Program-made: the position numbers and the translations under genes
In this document: positions 14,895 through 28,936 of the stretch, one piece after another
Layout of the letters: each line of letters begins with the position of its first letter
Numbering within the stretch: the stretch's first letter is position 1
The notes under the pieces: model-generated
The model's database searches: none
What the model was told of the DNA's origin: nothing
What the model saw: the letters and a program-made list of their open reading frames with translations, nothing else
Assembly: GCA_012295275.1 (NCBI GenBank)
Contig: CM022672.1
Span: 11,594,001 to 11,658,000, forward strand
DNA: 64,000 bases
Direction of reading: 5' to 3'
Source: Chrysomallon squamiferum
Lineage: Eukaryota; Animalia; Mollusca

Positions 14895-15839
14895 TTCTAA
14901 CTTCAGCTGCTGTAACACCAACGAACGATAACTCCAGCGAATTATCTTTAAAAGCAAAGAACAATAACTCCAGCGAACAATCTGGAAACTAGGAAACTAC
15001 TAAATATACCGATCCAATAATTATAACAAAAATAAAAAATTGTCACCTTTGTATTTGTACCAAACAATCCGCTTTAGTCAGAATATTGTGCAACGTTTTG
15101 TTTGTGATAACAAAGATTACTGGTATAAAAGAAGAAAAAAGATAATTATAATATTAATAATAATAAGAAGAAGGAGAATAGAAACAAAGATAAAAAGAAG
15201 AATAATTATGGAAAAACAAGAAGTGAAAGAAGAAACAAAAATATAAAAGAATAAGAAGAAATAAATGATAAGAAAACTGAAAGAAGAGTATACTTTATAT
15301 TAAAAACAAAACCAAAAATTAAACAAACAAACAAAACATAAAAAAGAAAAAATTATAATCAATTATAATCAAATGAATATCAGATTATCAGATACGTTGA
15401 AACTGAATATTAAAAACAGGATACATTCTTACCCCAGAAAAAATGTATGACATGCAAGGACACGATTAATCTTGGGTACGTAACTGTCAGTGTGTTGGAT
15501 TCATTACATAAATAAATAATGACTGCTATCGAGATAATATCTTTTTTTTTTTAAATTTTTTTTTTTTTTTTTTTTTTGTTCGTTATAAATAATTATTTTT
15601 CTACCTCCGTAATGACCCACACAACAACATCATCATCATCATCATCATCATCATTATTATTGCTGTTATTACGTACTTAATTTTTTTTAATTTCTAGAAT
15701 GAAAATTGTGTGTTCCATGAACGGCACTGTGTTTACGAATCGGTTGGATTTCATAGACCGTGTAAATGAAAAGGAAAAATAATGAATATTCCGAACTTTT
15801 AATAAAGAATTTAAACTTTTGTTTAAAAACAGCAAAAAC

Positions 15840-15883
<44 letters not shown>

Positions 15884-16635
15884 ATAAAACGAAAACAAAT
15901 AAACAAAGCGTGCATAATCTAAACAGTCTTGTATTCTGAAGTTTTGCTCGTCGTTTGTGCTTGGCAAATGCTACTGCAGACTACATACAATAGTGTTTGA
16001 ATTGTTCTAGCTTTGTTTTATTTTGTCTTTTAATGTTCTTCCTAAAATAGCGATTTAGTGAAAATAATTGCATCTTATCCTTTTAAAACGAATTATTGTC
16101 ATAATATTTATTTTGAGTCAGTTTTAAAACACACAAGGATTTCTATTTAAATTATGTGTGGATACATTTATGTACTTATCTATATGTATGTATAAGTTAT
16201 GCATGTGTGTGTGATTATGTGTGTGCGTGTGAATGTGATTGTGTGGTTGCGCTTATGTATGTATATATATATGTGTGTGTGTGAATGAATTTATGTATAC
16301 ATGTATAATATGTATTATTTATTCTAAAGTTCACTTTTTAATCAGTAGATAACTTTAAATAAATAAATAAATAAATAAATAAATGTTTAATAAATATATT
16401 AATTAAAAAGAAATAATAAAAAATAGAAAACCTAAGAATAACAATAAAATGTTTTCCGTTACATTATTATTATATTTCTTCTCTAATGTAAATAAATGAA
16501 TATTAATTTTCATTTAACTGTTTCTTTAATATTAATGGTTAGAAAGCAATAAAAACTTTAATATGTTGGTTTTGGATGAGTTTCTTTTATATATATATAT
16601 ATATATTTTTTTTAATTTTTTTAAATTTATTATTA

Positions 16636-16682
<47 letters not shown>

Positions 16683-17019
16683 CATTATTTGTTTATTTAT
16701 TATTATTCTTTTTTTTTAAATTATATTTTATGATAGTTGTGCAAAATGCAGACTCCCAACCAGACTATGAAACGTCACAAAAACTAAAAGGCAGAGGTAA
16801 CAAATAAAACAAAACAACGCAGATTTTGAGCATACTTTGGAATGTACGTGTGACCACGTATAGATGTTTGACCCAAAAACCCCGATAATTTATGTTTTCT
16901 GTTCTAAACATAATAGAACTATTTAACTAAAAGTAATACTTAAGTAAATCAAAAGAAAAAAACTTAATAAATTTGGGATCAGTATAATATTATATCCCAG
17001 TAATAAAACTTCATACCAG

Positions 17020-17688
17020 GATCATTTGTTTTTTCAACAGTAAAGGAATAATGTTAACTGCGAAAAACAATTTGTTCTTTACAATATGTCAGAAAATTTA
17101 TATTTAAAAAAAAATAAATAAATAAATAAATAAATAAATAAATTCTTTCATTCATTCATTCATTCATTTTTAATTATGATTTTGTTAGCTTTTTATTTTA
17201 TTTTATTTCATTTCTTTTTAATTTTTTTTTAATTTTATATAAATGACTGCTGATGGTATTTTATACTGTTACCAAATAAGATCATTTAATAATTAATATA
17301 GAAGCCGAATGCAGGTTAAATGTTGGCGGATACTTCTCTCAGTCCGTCAGTTTAGTTCTTCCTGCTCATTACTGCTCTCGAATTGTAGATAAGCTGATAA
17401 GTGTTGTTAAGTATCCACGCAGTGACATTTGTTATTAATCCATAACTATAATCTACAATGTGGTCTTAAAGCAAGTTTTCAATAGAACAAATGATGATGA
17501 TATTGATGATGATGATAATAATAATAATAATAAATAAATAAATAAATAAATAAATAAAATATATAATGATGATGATGTTGATGACGATGAATAAGATGAT
17601 AAACAAAACCTCAGGCACAATCAACATTAATTTTGTTTTATTTATTTATTTTTATTTTTATTTATTTAATATAAATTTTCAGTAGCAG

Positions 17689-17754
<66 letters not shown>

Positions 17755-17755
17755 A

Positions 17756-17790
<35 letters not shown>

Positions 17791-18880
17791 AATGCAATAT
17801 AATAATAATAATAATTTAATAATAACGGTGATGATGATGCTGATGATGTTGATAAACAAAACCTCACATAAAATTTTATTAATTATTTTTATTTATTTAT
17901 TTAGTCCATTTTATTTTGTTAATAATCATTACAATATTTATTCATAAATAAGTCATAATATAGACCCGCATACAACACCCACTTCTAACTGTGAGAACAT
18001 TTTGGAAACAGTATCTTTCAGATAATCATACGCAGAAACAAGCCATCCATGACCAAGTATATGAATTAAAAACAAACAAACAAACAACAACGATGCCACC
18101 CACCCACTGCTTAGGAAACCTAATTCTTAACAACAATATATATATATAAAAAAAATACTTTCTGTTATAATGCTCTTGGCTGGAGCGAATTGTTAACATT
18201 TAGCTTTTGTATATAAAAGTATATAATAATAATGCACCCCAAATTTTGGAGTCTACAATGCTATGAAGAAAGTGCGTTTTACACAGGGGAAAAACAAAAC
18301 CCCAAAAGCCTATGATATTAAAGACAAATAATGTTTATTTATTTACTGAAGGGAAAAACCCCAATAAAAAACAACAACAACCAAAAACCGCTCAATTTGT
18401 TTTTTTCAACAGTAAACAAATAATGATACCTGCGAAAAAAAAACAATAAATTATATTTTGTCAGAAAAATATTATATAAATAAATAAATAAAAATATAAT
18501 GAAATAATGAAATAAATTCATTCATTCATTCATTTATATTTAATTATGATTTTGTTAGCTTTTTATTTTATTTTATTTTATTTTATTTATTTATTTTTTT
18601 TTTTTTTTTTTTTTATTTTATATAAATGACTGCTGATGGTGTTTTATATTGTTACCAAATAAGATCATTTAATAATTAATACAGAAGCTGAATGTCAGTT
18701 AGATGTTGGCGGATACTTCTCTCAGTCCGTCAGTTTAGTTCTTCCTGCTCATCACTGCTCTCGAATTGTAGATAAGCTGATAAGTGTTGTTAAGTATCCA
18801 CGCAGTGACATTTGTTATTAATCCATAACTATAATCTACAATGTGGTCTTAAAGCAAGTTTTCAATAGGACAAATAATAA

Positions 18881-18912
<32 letters not shown>

Positions 18913-19864
18913 GATAATAATGATGATAATGATGATGATCAACAAAACCTCAAACCAAATCGACATTATTTATTTATTTATTTATTTAATTTGTCTATTT
19001 TATTTTGATAAAAAAAAACCCATTACAATAGTTATTGATAAATAAATTATAAAATAGACTCGTATGCAATACCCACCTCTGACTGTGAGAAAATTTTGGA
19101 AACAGTATCTTTCGCGTTAGTATCATTTCAGATAATCAGCGGTGACGATAGCAGAAACAAGCCATCCACGAACAAGTATATAAAAGAAAAGAAAAAACCG
19201 ATACCGCCCACCCAGTGCTTATGGAACCTACTGCTTAACTCCTATTAATGTACAACAACCACAAAACCTCTCAATTCCAAACATCCTTATTAAGGTTGTC
19301 ACACGCGCGCTTACCCACCAACTCAATTTAAAGCCCCACAGAATGCTTGAGCCGGGCGGAGAGAAATTAACCAGCGATCTGTTACATATCAGTCAGCAAT
19401 TTAGATCTGTTTTTCGCAACACTAAACATATAATGATAATTGCGAAAAAAAAAACATATTCTTCTTTGTTATATGTCAGAAAAATATTATATTTTAAAAG
19501 TAATAAATAAATAAATAAATTCATTCATTCATTCATTCATATTTAATTATGTTTTTATTAATGTTTTGGGTTTTTTCCTCTTTTTTTTCAGTTTTTTGAC
19601 TATGTATAAATGATTGCTGATGGTATTTTATAATGTTTACCATATATGGTTATTTAATAATTAATACAGAAGCTGAATGTCAGTTAGATGTTGGCGGATA
19701 CTTCTCTCAGTCCGTCAGTTTAGTTCTTCCTGTTCATCACTGCTCTCGAATTGTAGATAAGCTGATAAGTTTCAAGGATTGCTACGTCTGCGTGCAGTGA
19801 CATTTGATATTAATCCATAACTATAGTCTACGATATAGTCTTAAAGCAAGTTTTCAATAGAACA

Positions 19865-19906
<42 letters not shown>

Positions 19907-19908
19907 TA

Positions 19909-19950
<42 letters not shown>

Positions 19951-20135
19951 AATAAAATATATAATGATGATGATGTTGAAGATGATAAAAGAAACTTCAC
20001 ACAAAATAGACATTAATTAATTTTATTTATTTATTATTTATTTTGTCTATTTTTTTTCATTAATAACCATTACAGTATTTATTCATATATAAATCATAAT
20101 ATTGACGTGTAAACAATACCCCGCCGAATGTGAGA
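17020..20135. repeat. Three diverged tandem copies of a ~0.7-1.1 kb non-coding unit
   Basis: Core gatgttggcggatacttctctcagtccgtcagtttagttcttcctg...gaattgtagataagctgataag at ~17320, ~18700 and ~19690, with matching flanks interrupted by variable (AAT)n/(AAAT)n tracts. Confidence 0.9.
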
Positions 20136-20154
20136 CGTCACGAGGCACATGGCT

Positions 20155-21043
20155 GTTTGACTGTATGCATTATAAAGAAGGTTTGACTGTATGCATTATA
20201 AAGAAGGTTTGACTGTATGCATTATAAAAAAGGTTTGACTGTAAGCATTTATAAAGAAGATTTGATTGTATGCATTATAAAGAAGGTTTGACTGTATGCA
20301 TTATAAAGAAGATTTGATTGTATGCATTATAAAAAAGGTTTGACTGTAAGCATTTATAAAGAAGATTTGATTGTATGCATTATAAAGAAGGTTTGACTGT
20401 ATGCATTATAAAGAAGATTTGATTGTATGCATTATAAAGAAGGTTTGACTGTATGCATTATAAAGAAGGTTTGACTGTGTGCATTTATAAAGAAGGTTTG
20501 ACTGTATGCATTTATAAAGAAGGTTTGACTGTATGCATTTATAAAGAAGGTTTGACTGTATGCATTTATAAAGAAGGTTTGACTGTATGCATTTATAAAG
20601 AAGGTTTGACTGTGTGCATTATAAAAAAGGTTTGACTGTATGCATTTATAAAGAAGGTTTGACTGTATGCATTTATAAAGAAGGTTTGACTGTAAGCATT
20701 TATAAAGAAGATTTGACTGTATGCATTATAAAGAAGGTTTGACTGTGTGCATTATAAAGACGATTTGACTGTGTGCATTATAAAAAAGGTTTGACTGTAT
20801 GCATTTATAAAGAAGGTTTGACTGTATGCATTATAAAAAAGGTTTGACTGTATGCATTTATAAAGAAGATTTGACTGTATGCATTATAAAGAAAGTTTGA
20901 CTGTATGCATTTTAAAAAAGGTTTGACTGTATGCTTTATAAAGAAGGTTTGACTGTATGCATATTAAAGAAGGTTTGACTGTATGCATTATAAAGAAGGT
21001 TTGACTGTAGATATTATAAAGAGAGTTTGACTGTATGCATTTA
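20155..21043. repeat. Minisatellite, 26/27-bp unit (gtttgactgtatgcatt(t)ataaagaag), about 33 copies
   Basis: Directly visible head-to-tail repeats with no unique spacers; copies decay toward the right end. Confidence 0.97.
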
Positions 21044-21589
21044 TATTTGTTGATGAGACTTGGGATCATTTTATCTCCGTGGAATTCCGTGAGCCATTTA
21101 ACCAGTGCTCCACATTAAGCAGTATTATTTTATATCATAACAATTAATTAAAAAACGACAATCGTAACAACAATATAACTTTATTACAGATTAGTTCATA
21201 CACGTCGTAAGAAACAAAATATAGTACAGTGTATAGATGTCCTCAAATTCTGGATCAACAAAGATATAGTTTGTCTATGGCTGAAGTCCAGTTTAAAAAA
21301 TTAAGACAGACACATTGTAGATCTACCCCCATTTCCGTCCCATAAAAATATAGTGACACTTACACAAATCGACGAGAGAGAGAGAGAGAGACCAATTGTT
21401 ATATCTTATTTTGGCACATACAACAGCAAATATACTGTGCAAGGATTCTTTCCTATCCAGGGATAACACAAACAAAAATAAATCTTACATTAAGAAGTTT
21501 ACATTTATTGGAACAAACACCGTTAAAATGTCAAATTGTTGTGAGTACAGTGTAGTGAGGATTCTCAGGAACCACTGCTAAACATCTGC

Positions 21590-22500
21590 CTAGTTGAAAT
21601 CTGTCAAATCGTATCCTTCAGTGCCAAAATTGATTTCGAAAGGCCCGCACTTTCTGCACATTTCTGCATTGTCGTTTTGTTCCCACTCTCGTTTCTCTCC
21701 GTTGTCGAGGTTCGATCCGTTCACGGAATATTTCGGGCATTTAAAATTGGACAGGCAAGACTGTCTTACAGAAACATCGCTCTCCTTTTCTGAAGTAAAA
21801 TAATCGCTTTGGTACGAACGTTTTTCAGGCCTGATTCCCAGATTTTTAGAGTACGGTAAAACATCTTGATCTACTAGACCCTGGCTACATTTCGCTGCTA
21901 GTAGCTCCATATTGTTTTCAGTATAATTCTGAAACGTAATAGTCTGCGTGTCCACTTCGAGAAGTTCGTTGAGCAGTTCTTCAAGTTCTCCAGTTACAAT
22001 CAGTGTATTTGCCAGGTCGCTGTTTATGAAATCGAAGGAATCTGTAATGCAACATGAATAAATAAATTAGATTGAGAGAATATTGCCTATTAGAAATGAA
22101 TATAAACAAATAATTACCAAGATATCACAAAAATAAATGAAAATAGTATTATATTATCTAAAACTTAATTTCTTCCCCCCCCGTATTGTTTTTCTTTTGG
22201 TTTCTTTTTTCAGTGTTGTATTCTCTTCTTCTTCTTCTTCGGATGATCTTTAGTTTAATAAGCTGTACGACATAAAAACAGAGAAATGTATTTAAAATAA
22301 TCACCGATAAAACTGTAGAGGTCATCTGAATTGATCTGCTCTGGAATATTCTCGTAAATATCAATAGCCTTGTAGTCTGAGATGGATGTCGACGTTGACT
22401 GCGGCCTGGACGATGCGACGAGAACAACAGACTTAGAATTGGAAAACGCATCATCACTGAAGCGCGATCTCTCCAAAACGGTCTCAAAATGTGAAGCCAT
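21590..22500 (-). CDS. Two-exon gene for an uncharacterised acidic, Ser-rich 215-aa protein
   Basis: Exon 1 22500-22305 (ATG...TTT ATC G|GTGA), phase-1 intron, exon 2 22041-21590 (TACAG|AT TCC...TAG). The splice joins the two separately listed ORFs in frame (648 nt). Higher GC than the flanks, promoter elements upstream, AATAAA downstream (~21504). Confidence 0.72.
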
Positions 22501-22572
22501 AACAGACACCTCTTAATCTTTTCTTTTTTCCTTTTTTCTTTTTCCTTTCCTTCGTCTTTTTCCTTTCCTTCG

Positions 22573-22608
<36 letters not shown>

Positions 22609-22620
22609 CTTGCTTCGGCT

Positions 22621-22722
22621 CTGTGAATCGTTGAGAGAGTTATAGTTTATTTATACTGGCATCCTTAGTCTGAGTAAAATGGACGATTGTTGTTCGCGCC
22701 TTTGTTTTCTCAGTGGGCGTGG
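22621..22722 (-). promoter_or_regulatory. Core promoter of the 215-aa gene: TATA box, Inr-like site and Sp/KLF-type box
   Basis: Minus-strand TATAAATA at 22655-22648; TTCAC with A at 22624, 31 nt downstream; GGGCGTGG at ~22715-22722. Confidence 0.6.
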
Positions 22723-23229
22723 TTAAATCAGTTATTATAAACAATAATCGACCATTCACTTCCTTTTTCTGTTCCAAAGCGTTTCGAAGAGATTTGTAAC
22801 TGGAATTCTTTCCCAATACGCAAGGACAACTGGCTTAATATGTATAGAATAAACTCCAGAGCACTGTGAAAACGGCGGATGTGTTTCATTGGTCGTTTGT
22901 GTTTCATGCCAAAGTTGAGGGCTAACGGAAAATATTTGTTATAGATTTTTTTTTTTTTTTTAACAGTGCGTCACTGATGACGAACATCAGACGGAAATAA
23001 GTGTAACTGATTGTGACATAAGAAACTGTGGAAAAAATATCGGAAATTTTACCAGTAATAATAATAATAATGATAGAAAGACGAAGAAGAAAGAAAGAAA
23101 TTTCTTTATAATTTGTAAAAGCATAGCTAGATGTTTCTTTCTGAAGCATACAGACAAAAATTTAGTACTTTGTAATAAATATTTCACTAACAGCTGCTTT
23201 AGAAACACTATTTATTTGCTCTACAATCA

Positions 23230-23286
<57 letters not shown>

Positions 23287-26062
23287 TTGATAAAATTAAA
23301 ATTGCTTCTTTAGTGTTTAAGTGCTGGTTTTGATCTTTAAAGACCATTTTGAAAACGGTTTTAAATTTTGAAAATAAATAAATAAATAAATAGTTTTCAG
23401 AGAACTAATTTATTTTGGTGTGTAGGGATTTGTTTAGGCGACATTAAAATCAGAATGTTTAAATTTCAAGGGTGCTGAGCTGAGAAATAAAACAGTTAGT
23501 TTTGGTATTATTTCGGATTGCATGATAAAAGTGAGAAATAGTTACTCTGTTAAGACATCAGCTTTATCCTGCTCAGTTCGCCAGTCTTAATGTCTTAATA
23601 CAGTAACCATTTATTCCCTACATACTAGCTTCAGTGAAGAGCAGTTCACCATTCCAAAATAAATGTGTCTTCAGACGGTGCAACTATATTATGATTAAAT
23701 CATTGTCTTTTACAAAGACTTGAAAGCCATAACTTCATAAGAATGGCTAAAACGTGAGCTATGAAACTATTAAGACGGAAAGGAGAGAACTGTCTACAAA
23801 AAAACAACAACAAAAAAACCCTCAAGCTTAGGAAAGGCACTTAATAGCATTACATTTGTGTGTTGTAATGTGTGTATTATAATCCACAAATAACGGGAGA
23901 TCCGAAGAAAGGAAGAAATTCTGTTAGTCTGGCGCCTCGTTCAAAGTTTGAGTGGTAACAATTTTAATAAATAATTAATTAAACTTTTATTTAAATATCG
24001 TTTATGTTTAATCCGTTAGTTCTAAAATTATTGTGGACGTTCCAGCTTAAGAATACACAAAATAGATTATCAAGTACGTTCACTGTTGAACGCGTTTGCA
24101 AACATATTCGTATATTGTTATCTCTCAAATAAATATTTTCCTTTTAAAATAAATTCAGAAAATGAGATTACCGTAGTTTCTACTTTAAGGTTTGAAAGTC
24201 TTGTTTTTGTTTAATTTTATATATAGACAGATTAGATAGATAGGTAGATGTGTAGATAGATAGTAAATAGATAGATAGATAATGAACTAAAAATACGAAT
24301 TTTACAATATAAGTGAAAGAAGCACTTTTGTGAGAATTGGAATGATAATAATACCAATAATAAAAATATTAATGGCGTGAAAATATTCTCAAATAATCGA
24401 AGACAGAGGTAACCGAAGTTTCTAGAGAGCTTCACTGACTGGCTAATACTAATGATATCAAACTGGTTGGTATCCATCACTTTCGTGGGTGGAGGGGTAG
24501 GGAAAACAAAACTGATACTTGTGGATCCTTTTCTTTATGCCTCCCTACAACAGTTTCCTTTCTTTATGAAATCACTGTGAAAGGAAGAAAGACAGAGGAA
24601 CTACTCATTCGAATTAAATGTATTTACTGACGGAGAAGCTTACATTGAGCGTAACGGCCCTTTGAGAACGCTAGATGGTAACGGATCAACGCAAACTAAA
24701 AGGTTTTCTTTTCCACTGCCTGCCGTCAGTGATAAAACTAACAATGGTAAATAGCATCCGTGTTAGTGATCCGTCTTACTGCCTTGACTTACGTTTACAG
24801 ACTTTTGAACGCATGAATTATTCTCGATTTCACGTCCTACAGCAATAAAAAACTTCGAACAGAAAATCTGAAGTCTTATCTCTCTGTTTTGTTGTACGAA
24901 TGTTACCTCATCGTGTGATAAAAACGTTTAATCTCAATCAGAAGTGTGATGCCTAGCAGCACGGATCTACGATCGTTTAAAGGGAACATCTTTCATACAC
25001 TCCTTTTAACCCTCACGGAGTCAACTCTACACACAAAAGTTTTGTCTCGTAGCTTTATTTGTATTGCTGGTATATATGTCTTTGCTTCCCGAAAGCGGTT
25101 GAAAATCTTAATGAAAAACTTGGGAAAATTCTCTTCACTATTTTCGAGCATCAGACCCCATTCAAAAATATATTGCTGGAAAGAGCAATACTTTCACCTC
25201 TTTAAATGCAAAGCTTAAAGCAATTACACAATCAACCACACTGCCAGAGACGTCACCAGAATATGGTTATAGGAGAACTTCCTGAATTGTGATTGAAAGT
25301 TCTTGTTGGTGAGCAAAATGATCATTATTTTCATAATACGAATACACATGTGTGTGTGAAAGAGAGGGTGAATGATCGAGAGTGAGTATGTATGGTTGTG
25401 TGTGAGAGATGATGTTTGTATGTGATTGTACGTTAGACTATGTTAAACAATGGTATTTGGAAGTTGTGGTATTCACGGCTGCAGTCCAGTAAACATCGAC
25501 AATAGGAAGCCGTGGAACTAAATGCCGGGGACTAAAAGCAGCAGTCACAATAGCCAGCTTCTTCGTGTCACACCTTGAATTGTTTGGGGTACATCAAGAT
25601 GTTTTCTGTCAGCCTGCACAAAAAAAAAGAAGAAAAGCGTACGACATGGTCGATGTTTCCAGTCAGATCGAAAACGAAGAAAATGTTTTGAATGATATAC
25701 GAACTAGACCGGATACCAGCTTAACAGCTTGGCGTCAAACATTGGCGATGAGGTAACAATGCCAAACACAATGATCAGAAAAATACCATAACAGAACCAG
25801 ACAGCAAAAACGTCTGAAGATTTCTACAGGTAGATAGACCATCGCAGTGCAATTCTCGGACGACCTGCTTGCTGAAATTAGCTTCTCTTCAAGCTGCACG
25901 GAAACACTGAAGCTGATGTGCTGGCAGTTTTTGATTCATTTACTTGGAATTTCAGGACGCGGATGACAAAGTTGCCGTTGATGATCTGCTTACGTGTGAA
26001 TCAAGGCAAGTAAATGTATTAAGTAGCACTGATGCATGCATCAGTTTGAAACAGTTTACAAT

Positions 26063-26141
<79 letters not shown>

Positions 26142-27414
26142 GTATGTCCGGTATTATGTCAAATTTATGATGAAATTATAATTTCGGATCACCTCTCTAC
26201 CTAAAACACAATCAGCCTCTGTTTGCCTTTAGTGATACAAAAAGATGTCTCATGTCACAGATTTCTTTATGCATCACGAAAGGACTACGTTTAAGATTAG
26301 CGTCATTCTTCTTTAGATGAACATTGTCGATACTGCTCTGGGAAATAAGCATAGCTGTTTATCTGTGTCATACAATAGGTGAATAAGAGACGCACACATA
26401 CATATATCTTGGTTTGATCCGTTTCGAGTCATTCAACAGGTCAAGAAGAGACGCACAGATATATAACTTGGTTTGATCCGTTTCCAGTTACTTCTTCGCA
26501 TTTTTGAATACATTTATCATAGTCATAAAACATAACAAACTACAAATTCTAACAAACACTAATTCGACAGCCAAACTAAACTGACTTTACATTTTTTCTT
26601 ATAAACAATAAAATTACTATGTAAGTGAAACTGAATCATTACATACATTTTATAATAGTAATGAAAAATAGAGATAGCATTATTAATTTATTTACTTATT
26701 AGTTTGTTTATTTTTTTACTATTTACATTTTATTTAACTTTATTAATTAATGGAATTTTTTTTTTTCTTCTTTTTTTTTTGCCTATAAAAGAATAAAAAT
26801 TCTGAACTTTAGGTCAAATAATGAAGGAATATCGTATAATTTTCAGAGAACTATAAACCAAATGTAGATGTGTATTTGCTAACATTTAACATGCAGAATA
26901 CACCTATCTCAGAATTTTTTTATTTGTTTTTTAGAATTTCTCTGTTAGATTTTATTATTGTCTACAGCAATAAGAACTAAAATCTGACACGAAGGTAGCG
27001 TATAGCTTAATGATATACATTTTTTATCCTTCGGTCAGTTTATTGGTTGATTGATTGATTGATTGATTTGTTGTTGTTGTTGTTGTAGTTGTTATTATTA
27101 TTATTATTAATTGTTTGACGTAATTCTTTCCTTGTTTTGTTAATTAGGTAAATTCTGTTTAAAAGAAAAACGATTATTGGCATCAAATATAATTATGTTT
27201 AATGAGAAGCATTGTTAAACATTATTATTAGTTTAGTTATTTTCAAAATTGTCTTAACAGAGCATCATCATCATACTACTAACTTCCTCATTTGCTGTTG
27301 CCTTGTTGGGAGAAACCAAGTTCTGTTTTATTATTATTAATTTTATTAGTATTTTTCATCTCTAAAATATTATTTCGCAAAATGATTTCAATTCAAAAAA
27401 TACAAGACTTTAAT

Positions 27415-28936
27415 TTACACCATTCCGATCCACCCTAGGTAGAAATAATCTGAAAAGTCTTTTGAGAAATGTTTTCTTAATTTTGAGCCTTCCTTAGCTG
27501 GATGTTTGTAATACACAGTTGTTCCTCCTGTTAGAAATCCAGCCCACCATCCAAACGTACCCACCGTCATTATAGTGTGATTACAGTGGATAAGAACACT
27601 CATAGTCACTTCCCTTGAATTACCACGAACGAAGACAACGTTCGGACGTTTTATGTTATCCTTTGACCATGTTATGTCGTCAGAACAAACCACAAATAAA
27701 ACATTCCAAAAATTCCGAGTGAAATAATTCATGGCATTTTCTATGTACTGTTTAGGTACAATAAGATAGCCATACTTAATAAAACGTTTCTGTTTTACAA
27801 TATCACCGCGTCTGACATGAATTCCAACGAATGTTAATTCTTCTGACTTAATTTTAACAGCATCGCCATTTTGTTTTTTTAAGTAATTATTTGTGAGATT
27901 GGTGATGATTTTTTGTGCTTTTTCTGATATCTCAGGTTTAAACGTGAACTGCTTTTTAATTTCTTTTACAACCGTCTCAAAGTATTTCCAAGACTGAAGA
28001 TAGCGTCCAACATTGTAGTTTTTACCTTTTGTTAAATTAAAAAGGTTCCCGTCAAACGAACAGTGCTGTTTACAATTTTTAACAATAGATTTACGGTAAA
28101 TACACTCAGGAACCAAGGTCGCATCCAGTGTAAAATACTTGTGCAGAGGATGTGATTTTGTTGTCACTAATGTGGAATTCAAGTGAGCTGCTATTCCATA
28201 CGCCGATGCATAAGAAAACATCAAATTTCCAAGACCTCCCTCTGTTGTTTCACATATAAATCCTGATGGGACTGGATTCTTACACTTGATAATTCTTGAT
28301 AGGGTCACATTTTCAACTGATTGAGTGGTACTTAGTAATGTATATTTTGGCTTGTTAATAGTAGGAATTTCTTTAGTTTTCTTGTTGAATTGAATCAGAA
28401 GACAGAATGGGAAAATAATCATAATCACTGTCAACAAATGAACACAATGTAAGCCACCTGTAAATAAACAGAAATGTAATTAGGAATGAAAGAAACAAAA
28501 AGACTGATATATGTTGTCTGTCTATCCGTCTATCTGCCTGGCTCACTATCTGTAAAGCGATTGATTAATTAACTGGTTGTCCATCAATCCATCCATCAAT
28601 TAGTCAGACAATAATCAAACAATCTCCTTCTATATCTGTCTCTATAACCTACCTACATTGATACATGGCTACTTATCCCTGTATGCCTCTGTGTGCATGT
28701 ATGTAGATGCAAACACATATGCATATATATACATACGTACATATATACATACACACAAACACACACATATATTTATATAGACATACAAAAAGAAGGAAAG
28801 AAAAAGATAAAAAATCTAATTACAAAATATTTTTTTCTTTTTAAAAGATAACTAAATTAAATACACTAAAATATTCATTAATTTTACTATTTTTCCGAAA
28901 AAATGGTTTTCCGAAGCAAATATATATAAAATTCAT
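27415..28936 (-). CDS. GT11 alpha-1,2-fucosyltransferase-like, copy A
   Basis: Start exon 28936-28888 (MNFIYICFGKPFFRKN, phase 1, weak donor A|GTAAAA) plus catalytic exon 28457-27415. Type II TM anchor; motifs GGLGNLMF, YLQSWKYF, GIHVRRGD, VCSDD, CNHTIMTVGTFGWW. Confidence 0.92.

Noticed and set aside
15040-18521. Poly-Leu/Ile/Asn/Cys-Val ORFs in the track here and elsewhere (e.g. 23162, 42186, 45501, 55230)
   Set aside because: Translations of (AAT)n, (TA)n, (CA)n and (CT)n microsatellites.
20155-21043. Regular 26/27-bp repeats as a CRISPR array, or the YKEGLTVCI repeat ORF as a protein
   Set aside because: There are no unique spacers or cas genes and the context is eukaryotic; the ORF exists only where consecutive 27-bp units keep frame.
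26385-26490. ~45-bp direct repeat pair (aagagacgcaca...cttggtttgatccgtttc)
   Set aside because: Only two diverged copies; an ordinary local duplication with no further structure.
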